From positions 32,001 to 96,000 of the forward strand of contig JBHGAY010000012.1 of the NCBI GenBank assembly GCA_041946735.1: a DNA stretch of 64,000 nucleotides, in the 5' to 3' direction. Source of the stretch: Candidatus Eiseniibacteriota bacterium (GTDB taxonomy: Bacteria > Eisenbacteria > RBG-16-71-46 > CAIMUX01 > VGJL01). Position 1 is the stretch's first letter; each line of letters starts with the position of its first letter. The notes below the pieces were generated by a model. That model had not been told where the DNA came from and searched no databases. It saw only the letters and a list, made by a program, of their open reading frames with translations. Below are positions 22,141-33,169 of the stretch, in pieces. The position numbers were made by a program, and so were the translations under genes.

Positions 22141-23400
22141 GTGGACCATCGTTTCGCCGGCTCGCGCCGGTCCGGGCAGCAGCCGGATCCGAATCCTCGC
22201 ACCGAAGCGGATCCGGACCCGATCGTGCTGCTCGCTGCCCGCCGGACGCCGGTCGGCCGGTTCCTCGGCAGCCTCGCGTCCCAGGACGCTCCCTCCCTCG
22301 GAGCCGTCGCCGTTCGAGCGGTCCTCGCCGACACGCCGACCCCGGCTCCTCCTGACCTCCTGGTGTTCGGCTGCGCCCGTCCCGCCGGTGTCGGCCCCAA
22401 TCCGGCCCGTCAGGTGGCTCACCGCGCCGGCCTTCCGAACGAGACGATCGCGTGGACCGTCAACATGGCGTGCGCCTCGGGCCTCGAAGCGATCGCGTCC
22501 GCCGCACGCGCCCTTCGCACCGGCGAGGCGACGTGGGCGGTCGCGGGCGGCATGGAGTCGATGAGCCGCGTGCCGTACCTGCTCGATCGGGCGCGATCCG
22601 GCTACCGCCTCGGGCACGCCCCGCTCGTCGACGGCATGTACCGCGACGGCTTCCTGTGCCCGATCTCCGAGATGGTGATGGGGGAGACGGCGGAGCTTCT
22701 CGCCCGCCGCTACTCGATCCCCCGCGAGGAGCAGGACGCCTTCGCGCTCGAAAGCCAGCGCCGCCACGCGCGCGCCCGGGCGGAGGGCGCATTTGCGGTG
22801 GAGATCGCGCCGGTGGAGGATCCATCCGGGAAGGCCGGGCGCGTCGCGAACGACGAGCATCCTCGCCCCGAGACGACGGCCGAGGACCTCGCCCGCCTGC
22901 GGCCCGTATTCGAGCGCGACGGAACGGTCACGGCGGGCAACGCCTCGGGGATCTCCGATGGCGCGGCGGCGGTCCTCCTGGCCCGCGCGTCGAGCGCGCG
23001 CGAGGCCGGTCTCGCGCCGCGCGCGCGCATCCTCGGCTGGCAGGCGTCGGGCGTCGATCCCGCGCAGATGGGGATCGGCCCCGTTCCGGCGGTCCGCGCG
23101 CTGCTCTCGCGCCTCGGCCTCTCGCTGGCCGACTTCGACCGGATCGAGCTGAACGAGGCGTTCGCGGCGCAAGCGCTCGCCGTCGACCGGGAGTTGCGTT
23201 TCGACAGGGGGAGGCTGAACGTCGCCGGCGGAGCGATCGCGTTGGGGCATCCCATCGGCTGCTCGGGAGCCCGCATCGTCGTGACGCTGCTCCACGCGCT
23301 GGAGCGCTGCGACGGTCGCCTCGGTCTCGCAACGCTCTGCGCGAGCGGCGGCTTCGGCCTCGCGCTCGCGATCGAGAGGATTCCGAACGGGGAAAGCTGA
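22141..23400 (+). CDS. Thiolase
   Basis: VNMACASG, ELNEAF, GHPIGCSG, LCASGG. Confidence 0.92.
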   Translation: MDHRFAGSRRSGQQPDPNPRTEADPDPIVLLAARRTPVGRFLGSLASQDAPSLGAVAVRAVLADTPTPAPPDLLVFGCARPAGVGPNPARQVAHRAGLPNETIAWTVNMACASGLEAIASAARALRTGEATWAVAGGMESMSRVPYLLDRARSGYRLGHAPLVDGMYRDGFLCPISEMVMGETAELLARRYSIPREEQDAFALESQRRHARARAEGAFAVEIAPVEDPSGKAGRVANDEHPRPETTAEDLARLRPVFERDGTVTAGNASGISDGAAAVLLARASSAREAGLAPRARILGWQASGVDPAQMGIGPVPAVRALLSRLGLSLADFDRIELNEAFAAQALAVDRELRFDRGRLNVAGGAIALGHPIGCSGARIVVTLLHALERCDGRLGLATLCASGGFGLALAIERIPNGES

Positions 23401-23464
23401 AGACGGCCATGACGCGCCGCCGCAGGCGCAAAAGCAGAGGAGCAGGAGCAGGCGCAGGAGGGGG

Positions 23465-24256
23465 ATGAGGACGATGGAGTATCGAAACGTTCTGTTCGAG
23501 GAGAACGAGGGGATCGCGCGCATCACGGTGAACCGCCCCGACGTGCGCAACGCCGTCGACCGCGCGACGATCGAGGAGCTGCTCGACGCGGTCGAGCGGG
23601 CCGAGGAGAGGGAGAGCGTCCGCGCGCTCATCCTGACCGGCTCGGGCGAGAAGGCGTTCATCGCCGGCGCCGACATCTCGGAGCTGGCCGCCGCCGGGCC
23701 GATCGCGGCCCGACAGATCGCCCGCCGCGGGCAGCACCTCACCCATCGCATCACCTGGCTGAAGAAGCCCGTTCTCGCGGCGATCCACGGCTACGCGCTT
23801 GGCGGGGGCTGCGAGATCGCGCTCGCCTGCCACATCCGGGTCGGCAGCACGACGGCGAAGCTCGGCCAGCCGGAGGTGAATCTCGGCGTGATTCCCGGCT
23901 TCGGCGGGACGCAGCGGCTGCCGCGCCTGATCGGTCCCGGCCGCGCGCTCGAGATGCTCCTGACCGGGGAGATGATCGACGCGGCCGAAGCGCACCGGAT
24001 CGGCCTCCTGAACCGCGTCGTCGAGCCGGACCAGCTGCTGCCGACGTGCGAAGCGATCGCGCGCTCGATCGCCTCCCGCGGTCCTCTCGCCGTCGGCCTC
24101 ACCCTTCAGGCGGTCTGGCGCGGTCTCGACGCGACCCTGACAGAGGGCCTCCTGCTCGAGGCCGACTCCTTCGGGATCGCCGCCAGCTCTCACGATTGGC
24201 GTGAAGGGACGGCGGCCTTCCTCGAGAAGCGCAAGCCGGATTTCCAGGGACGATGA
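23465..24256 (+). CDS. Enoyl-CoA hydratase (crotonase)
   Basis: AFIAGADI, GYALGGGCE, GQPEVNLGVIPGFGGTQRL; both catalytic Glu present. Confidence 0.93.
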   Translation: MRTMEYRNVLFEENEGIARITVNRPDVRNAVDRATIEELLDAVERAEERESVRALILTGSGEKAFIAGADISELAAAGPIAARQIARRGQHLTHRITWLKKPVLAAIHGYALGGGCEIALACHIRVGSTTAKLGQPEVNLGVIPGFGGTQRLPRLIGPGRALEMLLTGEMIDAAEAHRIGLLNRVVEPDQLLPTCEAIARSIASRGPLAVGLTLQAVWRGLDATLTEGLLLEADSFGIAASSHDWREGTAAFLEKRKPDFQGR

Positions 24257-24296
24257 AAGGTCCCCGGCCGGAGCCGGGGGAAGGAGACGGAAGACG

Positions 24297-25553
24297 ATGA
24301 TCGACGGGATCGTGATTCTCGCCGGGGCCCGCACCCCGTTCTGCGAGTACCAGTCGGGCAAGCGAGGGGACGGCCAGCCGGGCGGGCGTTTCGCGGACAT
24401 GAGCGCCATCGACCTCGCGGCGGTCGCTTCGAAAGAAGCGATGGCGCGGGCCGGGGTCGATCCCGGCGCGATCGATCACGCGGTCTTCGGCAACGCGATG
24501 CAGACGAGCGGCGACGCCCTCTACGGCGCTCGCCACGTCGCGCTGAAGGCAGGGCTTCCGGTGCGCGTCCCCGCCCTCACCGTCAATCGCATCTGCGGCA
24601 GCGGCCTGCAATCGATCGTGACGGCGGCGCAGATGGTCCGGCTCGGCGAGGCTTCGGCCGTCCTGGCGGGAGGAATGGAGAACCTGAGCCAGGCGCCGCA
24701 CGTCCTGCGGGGACTGCGGGGCGGCCTCAAGCTCGGGCAGGGGAAGCTCGAGGACTCCCTGATGGTCGCGCTGCTCGACACCTACTGCGGGCTCTACATG
24801 GCGCAGACGGCCGAGAAACTGTCCGCGCGCTTCAACACCGGCCGCGACGCGCAGGACGCCTTCGCCGTCGAGAGCCAGCGGCGAGCCGCCGCCGCGCGCG
24901 AGGCCGGTCTGCTCGCCGAGGAGATCGTGCCCGTTCCGCTGCCGGCGCGCCGCGGCGCGGCCCCCGTCCTCGTCGAGGAGGACGACCACCTGAAGCCCGG
25001 CACGACGCTCGAAGCGCTCGCCGCCCTTCCTCCCGCCTTCTCGAAGGAGGGGACGGTGACCGCCGGCAATGCGAGCGGCATCGTCGACGGGGCGGCGGCC
25101 GTGGTCGTCGCTTCCGAGTCGTTCGCGCTCGCGCGATCGGCGGCCGGCGCGAGCCGGCCGGTCCTGGCGACAATCCGCGGATGGTCGACGGTCGGCGTGG
25201 AGCCGTCCGAGATGGGGATCGGGCCGGCTCCCGCGATCCGCAGCCTCCTCGAGAAGGCCTCCCTCCCGCTCGACGCGATCGACCTCTTCGAGATCAACGA
25301 GGCGTTCGCCGCGCAGATCCTCCCGGTCCTCGCCGATCTCGATCTCGACCGCGACCGCGTCAACGTCCACGGCGGCGCGATCGCGATCGGCCATCCGCTC
25401 GGCGCGACCGGGACGCGGCTCGCCCTGACGCTCGCGCTCGAGCTGCGCAGGCGGCGAGCCCGCTACGGCGTCGCGAGCGCCTGCATCGGTGGGGGACAGG
25501 GGATCGCGCTGCTTCTCGAGAACCCGGAAGCAGCCCGGACGGGCCGGTCGTGA
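24297..25553 (+). CDS. Thiolase (acetyl-CoA C-acyltransferase)
   Basis: VNRICGSG, EINEAF, GHPLGATG, ACIGGGQG. Confidence 0.93.
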   Translation: MIDGIVILAGARTPFCEYQSGKRGDGQPGGRFADMSAIDLAAVASKEAMARAGVDPGAIDHAVFGNAMQTSGDALYGARHVALKAGLPVRVPALTVNRICGSGLQSIVTAAQMVRLGEASAVLAGGMENLSQAPHVLRGLRGGLKLGQGKLEDSLMVALLDTYCGLYMAQTAEKLSARFNTGRDAQDAFAVESQRRAAAAREAGLLAEEIVPVPLPARRGAAPVLVEEDDHLKPGTTLEALAALPPAFSKEGTVTAGNASGIVDGAAAVVVASESFALARSAAGASRPVLATIRGWSTVGVEPSEMGIGPAPAIRSLLEKASLPLDAIDLFEINEAFAAQILPVLADLDLDRDRVNVHGGAIAIGHPLGATGTRLALTLALELRRRRARYGVASACIGGGQGIALLLENPEAARTGRS

Positions 25554-26617
25554 GGCGCCACCGGATCGGCTATCTCCCCGGGGATGGAATCGGCCCGGAG
25601 GTGCTCGCCCAGGCCCGGCGCGTGCTCGACGAGGCGGCGCGGCTCGGCGCCTTCCAGCTCGACTGGGAGGACCTGCCGTACGGCTCCGAGCACTACCTCG
25701 CGACCGGCGAGACTCTCCCCGCCGAAGCGCTCGAGCGCATGCGGGGGATGGACGCGATCCTCTTCGGGGCGATCGGCGATCCGAGAATCGAGCGAGGGAT
25801 GCTGGAGCGCGCGATCGTCAGCGGCATTCGCTTCGGCCTTGACCTCTACGTCAACCTCCGCCCGGTCCGCCTCTACGCGGAGGCTCTCTGTCCGCTGAAG
25901 GACAAGGGGCGCGAGCAGGTCGACCTCGTCGTCGTCCGAGAGAACACCGAGGATCTCTACGCGGGGATCGGCGGCTTCTTCCGCAAAGGAACGCCGGAGG
26001 AGGTCGCCGTGCAGGAGATGATCCTCACGCGGCGCGGCGCCGACCGGATCCTGCGCTTCGCTTTCGAGCAGGCGCGCCGGCGGCCCCGCAAGCGCCTCGT
26101 GCTCGTCGACAAGGCGAACGCCATCGCCGCGTTCGACCTCTGGCGCCGGGCGTACGAGGAAATCGGCGCAGAATATCCCGATGTCCGGCGCGAGACGCTC
26201 TACGTCGACGCCGCCGCGATGCGCCTGGTGCGCGAACCGGAATGGTTCGACACGGTCGTGACATCCAACGTGTTTGGTGACATCCTCACCGACTTGGGCG
26301 CCGCGCTCTCGGGCGGCATGGGGCTTGCGGCATCCGCGAACCTTCATCCGGGCCGAGTCTCGATGTTCGAGCCGATCCACGGATCGGCGCCCGACATCGC
26401 CGGAAAAGGAGTGGCCAATCCGCTGGCGGCGATCCTCGCCGGGGCGATGCTGCTCGAGCACGTCGGCGAGGCGAGGGCGGCCGCGACCGTCGAGGCCGCC
26501 GCCGCTTCCTGCTTGAGCGACGGGACGATCCGGACGGGGGGAGCCAATTCCGGCTTCTCGACCGGCGGGATCGGCGATCTCGTCCTCGGGCGCTTGGCCG
26601 CCTGCTCGGGCGCTTGA
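25550..26617 (+). CDS. leuB: 3-isopropylmalate/tartrate dehydrogenase family beta-decarboxylating dehydrogenase
   Basis: PGDGIGPEV, NLRPV, VRENTEDLY, DKAN, NVFGDILTD, FEPIHGSAPDIAGKGVANP; substrate uncertain. Confidence 0.75.
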   Translation: MRRHRIGYLPGDGIGPEVLAQARRVLDEAARLGAFQLDWEDLPYGSEHYLATGETLPAEALERMRGMDAILFGAIGDPRIERGMLERAIVSGIRFGLDLYVNLRPVRLYAEALCPLKDKGREQVDLVVVRENTEDLYAGIGGFFRKGTPEEVAVQEMILTRRGADRILRFAFEQARRRPRKRLVLVDKANAIAAFDLWRRAYEEIGAEYPDVRRETLYVDAAAMRLVREPEWFDTVVTSNVFGDILTDLGAALSGGMGLAASANLHPGRVSMFEPIHGSAPDIAGKGVANPLAAILAGAMLLEHVGEARAAATVEAAAASCLSDGTIRTGGANSGFSTGGIGDLVLGRLAACSGA

Positions 26618-26785
26618 TAGATAGATAGAGGACGGAGAGGCGCCCAACGGCATAGGCCAGCCGCCGAGGAGCAGGGCGGCCGGCCGCCCGGCGCTGTTCG
26701 GGAGCCGACGGCCGAGCGGCGCTCGGCCTGGAGACCGGCACTGTATATTGTGGGGACCAAGGGTCTCGTCCCGTAGGGACGGGGC

Positions 26786-26868
26786 GCGAGAGTGGCGGAA
26801 TTGGCAGACGCGTCGGACTTAGGATCCGATGAGGTTTCCTCGTGGGGGTTCGAGTCCCCCCTCTCGCA
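26786..26868 (+). tRNA. tRNA-Leu (anticodon TAG), CCA not encoded
   Basis: Acceptor GCGAGAG/CTCTCGC, D-arm GGCGGAATTGGCAGACGC, anticodon arm TCGGA-CTTAGGA-TCCGA, long variable arm, GTTCGAGTC; usual position before tig. Confidence 0.95.
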
Positions 26869-27024
26869 GGGCACCTGGAGGGAAGATCCGACGCTCCGAG
26901 CTCGCAGGGGCTGGGGCGGCCGGAGCGCCTTCCCGGCCGGCATCGGTGAGGGGAACGAACGCTCCGGCAAGGGACGGGTTTCCGGGGAGCAAGGGGCCGC
27001 GCTCGCGGCCGGACAGGAGGAGCT

Positions 27025-28329
27025 TTGCAGGTCGAGGTTCGGGAACTGGGGCCGGGAAAGCGGCAGCTCGCCGTCACGATCCCGGCGGAGGACGTGGAGA
27101 GGGCGCTCGAGGAGGAGGTCCAGGAGTACCGCCGGCGCGCGGCGCTGCCCGGTTTCCGCAAGGGGAAGGTCCCGACCGAGCTGATCCGGGTCCGCTATCA
27201 GGGGGACATCGAGTCGGACTTGCTGAACCGGATGATCCCGGACGCCTACGAGGCGGCGATCGTGGAGCAGAAGCTCCGGCCGGCGGGCCAACCGCACATC
27301 CACGACATTCGCTTCCAGATGGGCGAACCCCTCCGATTCGTCGCCGACGTCGAGGTCTGGCCCGAGTTCGAGGCCCGCGGCTACCACGGGTTGGAGCTCG
27401 AGCAGGAGATCCTCGACGTGGACGAGGGGATGGTGGATGAGGCGGTCGAGATGCTTCGGCAGAACCGGGCCGAGCTGTCCCTCGTCGAACGTCCCTCGAC
27501 GCCCGGCGACGTCGTCGAAGCGACGCTCGAGGCGGTGGACGTCCACGGGAAGCGCCTCCCCGGCCAGAAGAAGGAAAAGGTCCGGATGGAGGCGGGAGGC
27601 CCGCGCCTGCTACCCGAGTTCCGCGACGCCTCTCTGGGCATCCGGGCAGGCGAGGCCCGGATGGTCGAGGTCCGCTATCCCGAGGACTACGGCGATGCCG
27701 ATCTCGCCGGCAAAACGCGGCGCTACCGGCTCGTTGCGGTGGAAATCAAGGAAAAGAAGCTCCCGGAGCTGGACGATAGCTTTGCCAGAGGGATCGATTC
27801 GGGTCTCGACCTCGAAGGTCTGAGGGCGAAGCTGCGGTTGCGTCTGGAGGCGGACGAGATGATCCGGAGCAAGGAGCGGCTCGAGGAGACGGTCGTCGAC
27901 CGGCTCCTGGCCGCCAATCCGGTCGACGTTCCCGAGGGGGTGGTCGCGCGAGGACTCGCGCGTGTGCTCGAGAGGGCGCGGTCCGAGGCCGGATCGTCCG
28001 ACGAGCAGGATCTGCGGGAGCACTTCCGTCCCTTGATCGAGAGGATGCACCGGAAGGACATGATCCTCGAGGCGATCGCTCGCCAGGAGTCCCAGGAGCT
28101 GACCGAGGGGGAGATGGAGGCGGCGCTCGAGCAGCAGGCGGACGAAGCGGGCGTCGACGTCGAGGTGGTCCGCAAGAAGCTCGACTCCGAAGGGGAGCTG
28201 GACCGCCTCCGGGAGACGCTCCAGGAACGCAAGGTGCTCGATTTCGTGCTCAGCCAGGCGCAGATTCAGAGGATTCGCAAGCCTCGGCTCCGTCCCGAGG
28301 CGCAGCCGAGCCGCATCATCGTACCTTGA
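27025..28329 (+). CDS. tig: Trigger factor
   Basis: [10 protein letters not shown] ribosome-binding motif, FKBP-like middle domain, upstream of clpP; TTG start with AGGAGG RBS. Confidence 0.92.
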   Translation: MQVEVRELGPGKRQLAVTIPAEDVERALEEEVQEYRRRAALPGFRKGKVPTELIRVRYQGDIESDLLNRMIPDAYEAAIVEQKLRPAGQPHIHDIRFQMGEPLRFVADVEVWPEFEARGYHGLELEQEILDVDEGMVDEAVEMLRQNRAELSLVERPSTPGDVVEATLEAVDVHGKRLPGQKKEKVRMEAGGPRLLPEFRDASLGIRAGEARMVEVRYPEDYGDADLAGKTRRYRLVAVEIKEKKLPELDDSFARGIDSGLDLEGLRAKLRLRLEADEMIRSKERLEETVVDRLLAANPVDVPEGVVARGLARVLERARSEAGSSDEQDLREHFRPLIERMHRKDMILEAIARQESQELTEGEMEAALEQQADEAGVDVEVVRKKLDSEGELDRLRETLQERKVLDFVLSQAQIQRIRKPRLRPEAQPSRIIVP

Positions 28330-28384
28330 GGCCGGGCCGCCGCGTTCCCGCAGGACGCGGGAGCGAAACCAGAAGGGGATTCGC

Positions 28385-28969
28385 ATGTCTCTCGTACCGA
28401 TCGTTGTCGAGCAGTCCAGCCGCGGCGAGCGCGCCTACGACATCTTCTCCAGGCTCCTCCGGGACCGGATCATCTTCGTGGGCACCGTCATCGACGACAT
28501 CGTCGCCAACCTCGTCATCGCGCAGCTTCTGTTTCTCGAAGCCGAGGATCCGGATCGCGACATCCACCTCTACATCCATTCCCCCGGGGGGATCGTCTCC
28601 GCCGGGCTCGCGATCTACGACACGATGCAGTTCATCCGTCCCGACGTCGCCACGATCTGCATGGGGCAGGCTTCCAGCATGGCGGCCCTTCTCCTGGCGG
28701 CGGGAGCGAAGGGAAAGCGATCGGCGCTGCCGCATTCCCGGATCATGATCCATCAGCCGATGGGCGGGAGCCGGGGGCAGGCGGTCGAGATGCAGATCTA
28801 TACAAAGGAGATCCTGAAGCTCCGCGAGAAGCTCAACGAGATTCTCGTGGCCCACACCGGCCAGCCGATGGAGAAGATTCGCCGGGACACCGACCGAAAC
28901 TTCTTCATGTCGGCCGAGGAGGCGAAGGAGTACGGGATCGTCGACACGGTCATCGTCAAGAAGAAGTAG
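28385..28969 (+). CDS. clpP: ATP-dependent Clp protease proteolytic subunit
   Basis: [40 protein letters not shown]. Confidence 0.98.
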   Translation: MSLVPIVVEQSSRGERAYDIFSRLLRDRIIFVGTVIDDIVANLVIAQLLFLEAEDPDRDIHLYIHSPGGIVSAGLAIYDTMQFIRPDVATICMGQASSMAALLLAAGAKGKRSALPHSRIMIHQPMGGSRGQAVEMQIYTKEILKLREKLNEILVAHTGQPMEKIRRDTDRNFFMSAEEAKEYGIVDTVIVKKK

Positions 28970-29039
28970 AATCGGATCGAAGCGCCAGGCGGGCCGGCGT
29001 CCGCCGGCCGGAGTCCTGCAGTCTCCACGGGGGTCTTCG

Positions 29040-30296
29040 ATGAAAAAGCGGATCAGCTCTCCCCACCCGATCCGGTGCTCGTTCTGCGGCAGGGGGCAGG
29101 AAGAGGTCGCTCGCCTCGTCAGCGGCCCTTCGGTCTACATCTGCAGCGAATGCGTCCGGCTCTGCAACGACATCCTCGAGGGGGAGATCGAACACAACGT
29201 TCCGGTCACGCGGGAGAGCCTTCCCAAGCCCTCGGAGATCAAGCGCGTCCTCGACGAGTACGTCATCGGCCAGGACCGGGCGAAGAAGGTCCTCTCGGTC
29301 TCCGTCTACAACCACTACAAGCGGATCAACCAGCCCGCCTCCCTCGACGACGTCGAGCTCGAGAAGGGCAACATCCTGCTGATCGGCCCGACCGGCAGCG
29401 GCAAAACGCTCCTGGCCCGTACCCTCTCCCGTTTCCTGAAGGTGCCGTTCGCCATGATCGACGCGACCTGCCTGACCGAGGCGGGCTACGTCGGCGAGGA
29501 CGTGGAGAACATCCTCGTCCGGCTCCTGCAGGCGGCCGATTTCAACCTGGTCGCCGCCGAGCATGGAATCGTCTATGTCGATGAGATCGACAAGATCTCC
29601 AGGAAGAGCGAGAACCCCTCGATCACCCGGGACGTGTCGGGGGAGGGGGTGCAGCAGGCGCTGCTGAAGATCCTCGAGGGGACGGTCGCGAACGTCCCTC
29701 CCCAGGGGGGCCGGAAGCACCCCCAGCAGAAGTACATCGAGGTCAACTCGAAGGACATCCTCTTCATCTGCGGCGGCGCGTTCGAAGGGATCGACAAGAT
29801 CGTCGCGCAGCGGATCGGGGTGAAGCAGATCGGCTTCGGGGCCGAGCACAAGTCCCGCAACGATCAGTCCCTCGGGGAGTTGTACGCCCAGGTCGAGCCG
29901 GAGGACCTCTTGAAGTACGGCCTGATCCCGGAGCTGATCGGCCGGCTCCCGATCGTGGCGACGCTGAACGATCTCCCGGAGGAGGCGCTGCTCGAGATCC
30001 TGACGAAGCCGAAGAACGCGATCGTCAAGCAGTACCAGAAGTTCTTCGAGATGGAGGGGGTCCGCCTGGAGTTCACCGATGAGGCGCTTCGCGCCGTCGT
30101 CCGGATCGCGCAGAAGCGCCAGACCGGCGCTCGCGGCCTCCGGGCGGTGATCGAGGACGCGATGCTCAACATCATGTACGACCTTCCCTCCAAGCGGGAC
30201 GTCGACCTCTGCCTCGTCACCGAGGAGGTGATCACGCAGGGGATGCCGCCGGAGATCACGCTGCGGGAGAAGCCTCCGAGGAAGAAGGAGGCGTAG
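29040..30296 (+). CDS. clpX: ATP-dependent Clp protease ATP-binding subunit
   Basis: C4 zinc finger [34 protein letters not shown] loop. Confidence 0.98.
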   Translation: MKKRISSPHPIRCSFCGRGQEEVARLVSGPSVYICSECVRLCNDILEGEIEHNVPVTRESLPKPSEIKRVLDEYVIGQDRAKKVLSVSVYNHYKRINQPASLDDVELEKGNILLIGPTGSGKTLLARTLSRFLKVPFAMIDATCLTEAGYVGEDVENILVRLLQAADFNLVAAEHGIVYVDEIDKISRKSENPSITRDVSGEGVQQALLKILEGTVANVPPQGGRKHPQQKYIEVNSKDILFICGGAFEGIDKIVAQRIGVKQIGFGAEHKSRNDQSLGELYAQVEPEDLLKYGLIPELIGRLPIVATLNDLPEEALLEILTKPKNAIVKQYQKFFEMEGVRLEFTDEALRAVVRIAQKRQTGARGLRAVIEDAMLNIMYDLPSKRDVDLCLVTEEVITQGMPPEITLREKPPRKKEA

Positions 30297-30605
30297 CGCG
30301 CGGCCGGCATCGCGTGCGCACGCGCCGCCGGCCGCATCGACCGGCTCGTGCGACCCGCTTCTCTCGAGGCCCCGGGATCCTGCCCGGGGCTTCGCATTCC
30401 CTTCGGATCCGGTCCGGCGCGTTCGATCCGGTCCGCTCCGGCCGCCGCTTCCGCGGCCTGTGGAGCGGGGCGGGCGAGAGGGAGCCGCCCATCTAATCCG
30501 CGCGGCGCTCTCCCGTGATTCCTCAGATCGATCCGGCTTGCCCCGCGCAACGAGATCGTCCATGATCCGTGCCGTTGCCTTTTTGCCGAGGGATGGGGGG
30601 ATGGC

Positions 30606-31925
30606 ATGCCGCTGTCGGTTCTGATCGGGGCTCAATGGGGAGATGAGGGGAAGGGGAAGATCGTCGACCTTCTGGCGCGGCGCGTCGACTGGGTCGCGCG
30701 CTTCTCGGGCGGACCCAATGCCGGGCATACCGTTCGCATCGACGGGGAGACGTTCGTCCTCCATCTGCTCCCCTCGGGGATCCTCCGTCCCGGGGTGTGC
30801 TGCCTGATCGGCCATGGCGTCGTGCTGGACCTGGACCACCTGGAGAGGGAAATCCAGAGCCTCGAGGAGCGGGGGGTCCGGATCGACGACCGGCTGAAGA
30901 TCTCCTCCGCCGCCCATCTCCTGCTCCCGTACCACCGCTGGCTCGAGGAGCTGCAGCACCAGGACGTGCGGGTCGGCACGACGAAGCGCGGGATCGGGCC
31001 CGCGTACCAGGACAAGATGGGCCGGGTGGGCCTCCGCGTCCATGACCTGCTCGACGAGCGCCATCTGAAGGACCGGCTGGAGGAGGAGCTCTCGCGCGTC
31101 GAGGCGATGCATCGGGGCTGGGGGCGGCCGATGCCGGAGATCCCGCGCCAGGCGAGCCTCGAATGGGCGCGGCGCTATGCGGGAATCGCGAGGCGCCTGG
31201 GTCCCGCGATCGTCGATACCGTCGCGCTGCTTCACGGCGAGCTCGACGCGGGCAAGAGCGTTCTTTGCGAGGGAAGCCAGGGCACCTTCCTCGACATCGA
31301 CCTCGGCACATACCCCTTCGTGACGTCCGCTTCGACTACGATTGGGGGCGCGATCGCGGGACTCGGGCTTCCACCGTCCCGGATCTCGCGCGTGATCGGC
31401 GTCGCGAAGGCGTACACGACGAGGGTTGGCAACGGACCTTTCCCGACCGAGTTCGGAGAGCGGATCGCCGGCAGCTTCCGCAAGAAGGCCGGGGAGTTCG
31501 GAGCGACGACCGGCCGGCCCCGCCGCTGCGGATGGTTCGACGCGGTCCTCGTTCGGCATGCCGTCCGTGTCAACGGCATCGGAGAGATTTGCCTCACGAA
31601 GCTCGACGTCCTGACCGGCATGCGCACCTTGAAGCTGGCGGTCGGCTACCGCGTCGGGCGGCGGACGCTCGAGCATCCCCCGGTCGATCCGGCGGAGTGG
31701 GCGGCCTGCAAGCCGGTCTACGAGGATCTGCCGGGATGGACGAAGGAGATCGGCGGCGCGCGGGCGCCGGAAGATCTGCCGGCCGAGGCACGCCGCTACG
31801 TGGAGAAGATCGAGGCGTTGTGCGGGGCTCCGGTCCGGCTCGTCTCCGTCGGCTCGGCCAGGGAGGCGGCCGTCCGCATGCCGGCTCGCAGGCGACCGGC
31901 CGCTCGCCGCGGGCGGAGGTCCTAG
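30606..31925 (+). CDS. purA: Adenylosuccinate synthetase
   Basis: GAQWGDEGKGK, GGPNAGHT, GTTKRGIGPAY, GTYPFVTS, GATTGRPRRCGW. Confidence 0.97.
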   Translation: MPLSVLIGAQWGDEGKGKIVDLLARRVDWVARFSGGPNAGHTVRIDGETFVLHLLPSGILRPGVCCLIGHGVVLDLDHLEREIQSLEERGVRIDDRLKISSAAHLLLPYHRWLEELQHQDVRVGTTKRGIGPAYQDKMGRVGLRVHDLLDERHLKDRLEEELSRVEAMHRGWGRPMPEIPRQASLEWARRYAGIARRLGPAIVDTVALLHGELDAGKSVLCEGSQGTFLDIDLGTYPFVTSASTTIGGAIAGLGLPPSRISRVIGVAKAYTTRVGNGPFPTEFGERIAGSFRKKAGEFGATTGRPRRCGWFDAVLVRHAVRVNGIGEICLTKLDVLTGMRTLKLAVGYRVGRRTLEHPPVDPAEWAACKPVYEDLPGWTKEIGGARAPEDLPAEARRYVEKIEALCGAPVRLVSVGSAREAAVRMPARRRPAARRGRRS

Positions 31926-31937
31926 GCCTCCGCGCGC

Positions 31938-31966
31938 TTGCGGGTTTCCCGGCATCCCGGTAAGCT
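31938..31966 (+). promoter_or_regulatory. Putative sigma70 promoter of tRNA-Lys
   Basis: TTGCGG-17nt-TAAGCT ending 6 nt before the tRNA. Confidence 0.5.
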
Positions 31967-31972
31967 CCCGGC

Positions 31973-32045
31973 GAGCCGCTAGCTCAGCCGGTAGAGCACC
32001 TGCCTTTTAAGCAGGACGTGCCGGGTTCGAGTCCCGGGCGGCTCA
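31973..32045 (+). tRNA. tRNA-Lys (anticodon TTT), CCA not encoded
   Basis: Acceptor GAGCCGC/GCGGCTC, GCTCAGCCGGTAGAGC D-arm, CCTGC-CTTTTAA-GCAGG, CCGGG-TTCGAGT-CCCGG. Confidence 0.95.
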
Positions 32046-32556
32046 CATTCCCACCCCATGAGACGTCGTTGGTGGAACCTCGCGCGCCGGGACCCTCCGC
32101 CGTGTGCGCGAGCGCGGGGAGCCCGGCACCCCTCGATCGAGGGCACACCGTCCACGACATCTGACGAACGTTTTGCGAACTGCGCTTTCTCCTTTCCGCC
32201 TGCTCTCTCCGCTTTCCCGTGCCCGGAGCTTGTAGAAGCGTAGACGGACCCGTCGCGAAGGCACTCGCTTGCGCGCGGGACCGCTTGGCGCACGAACCTA
32301 CCCATAGCGTTGTCCTGCATATTGTTACATATGCCTTTCCACATCGAGGCCCCTTCTCTTGCGGCAAAGAACTAGCCGCTTTCCACTCGTGCGCGCGCTC
32401 CTCCACGTGTTGTGCAAAAAGCAATCGCAAGGTTTTCCCTCTTCACTTTCCTGGACCGGCGTCCGATCTGCGTAGCGGGGCGAAGCTTGGACGGCCCGGG
32501 GCGCGCGCAGGATTGCGCGGGAGCGTGCAATCTGCGGCGAATCGGGTCCTGCTGCG

Positions 32557-32585
32557 TTGACAGGGCTGGGAGGCCATGTTAGCGT
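32557..32585 (+). promoter_or_regulatory. sigma70 promoter P1 upstream of giant gene
   Basis: TTGACA-17nt-TAGCGT with extended -10 TG. Confidence 0.55.
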
Positions 32586-32729
32586 CCGTCCGGCTTTCAC
32601 ATAGCCCCTCATGAGGTTCTCGCCTGATGAGGGGATGGACTCGAGGGGCGCGTGCTAGGGAGGGCCGTAGTGCGCCGACGCGGACGCGAAGGATCGCTGC
32701 CACCGATTCCCACCGTTCGGAATTTATCG

Positions 32730-32758
32730 TTGACAGCCCTAGTACCCTGTGGCATAGT
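32730..32758 (+). promoter_or_regulatory. sigma70 promoter P2 upstream of giant gene
   Basis: TTGACA-17nt-CATAGT with extended -10 TG. Confidence 0.6.
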
Positions 32759-33169
32759 GCGCTGCGATCGTGATTCTGCCGTCGTAACGATCTTTGTATC
32801 AATGAGTTGTGGCGCTTGTGCGATGGCACACGAGGGGCGGAGGTGCCTGGACTGATGACTCACAGGCCGAAACGTTCGGAAGTAGGGGCCGGCGTGTTGA
32901 GAAACATTCTCCAGGGGCACCGAGGGGCAAACCGCCCGTCGGGGATTTCTGTTTTTTGCGGGAGGGCGCGCGCGAGACCCGCGCGCGCCGCTCCCTCTTC
33001 TGCTGTCTGGTGCCGATCGGGATCGGACCCTCCCGCGAGGGATTCGGAGAGGTCCCGAACTACAGGGAGGGGCAATCGAGCCGTGAGCGAGCGCTGCGGA
33101 ACCACCGGGGCTGGACGTGAGAGGCCCGGGTTCTTGGGCGGCGTCGTCATTCAAAGGAGGAGATGGGTG

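Noticed and set aside
30297..30605. Small ORF between clpX and purA
   Set aside because: No RBS or recognisable features; GC-rich intergenic sequence
32842..32921. Hammerhead ribozyme or lysine/glutamine riboswitch (CTGATGA...GAAAC; GGAGGTGC; GGAAGTAGG)
   Set aside because: Stems II/III do not pair in hammerhead register and the other riboswitch helices are missing; kept only as an unknown structured leader
32807..33169. 121-aa N-terminal extension of the giant ORF in the ORF track
   Set aside because: The AGGAGG RBS and signal peptide place the start at 33167/33170; the extension is leader sequence
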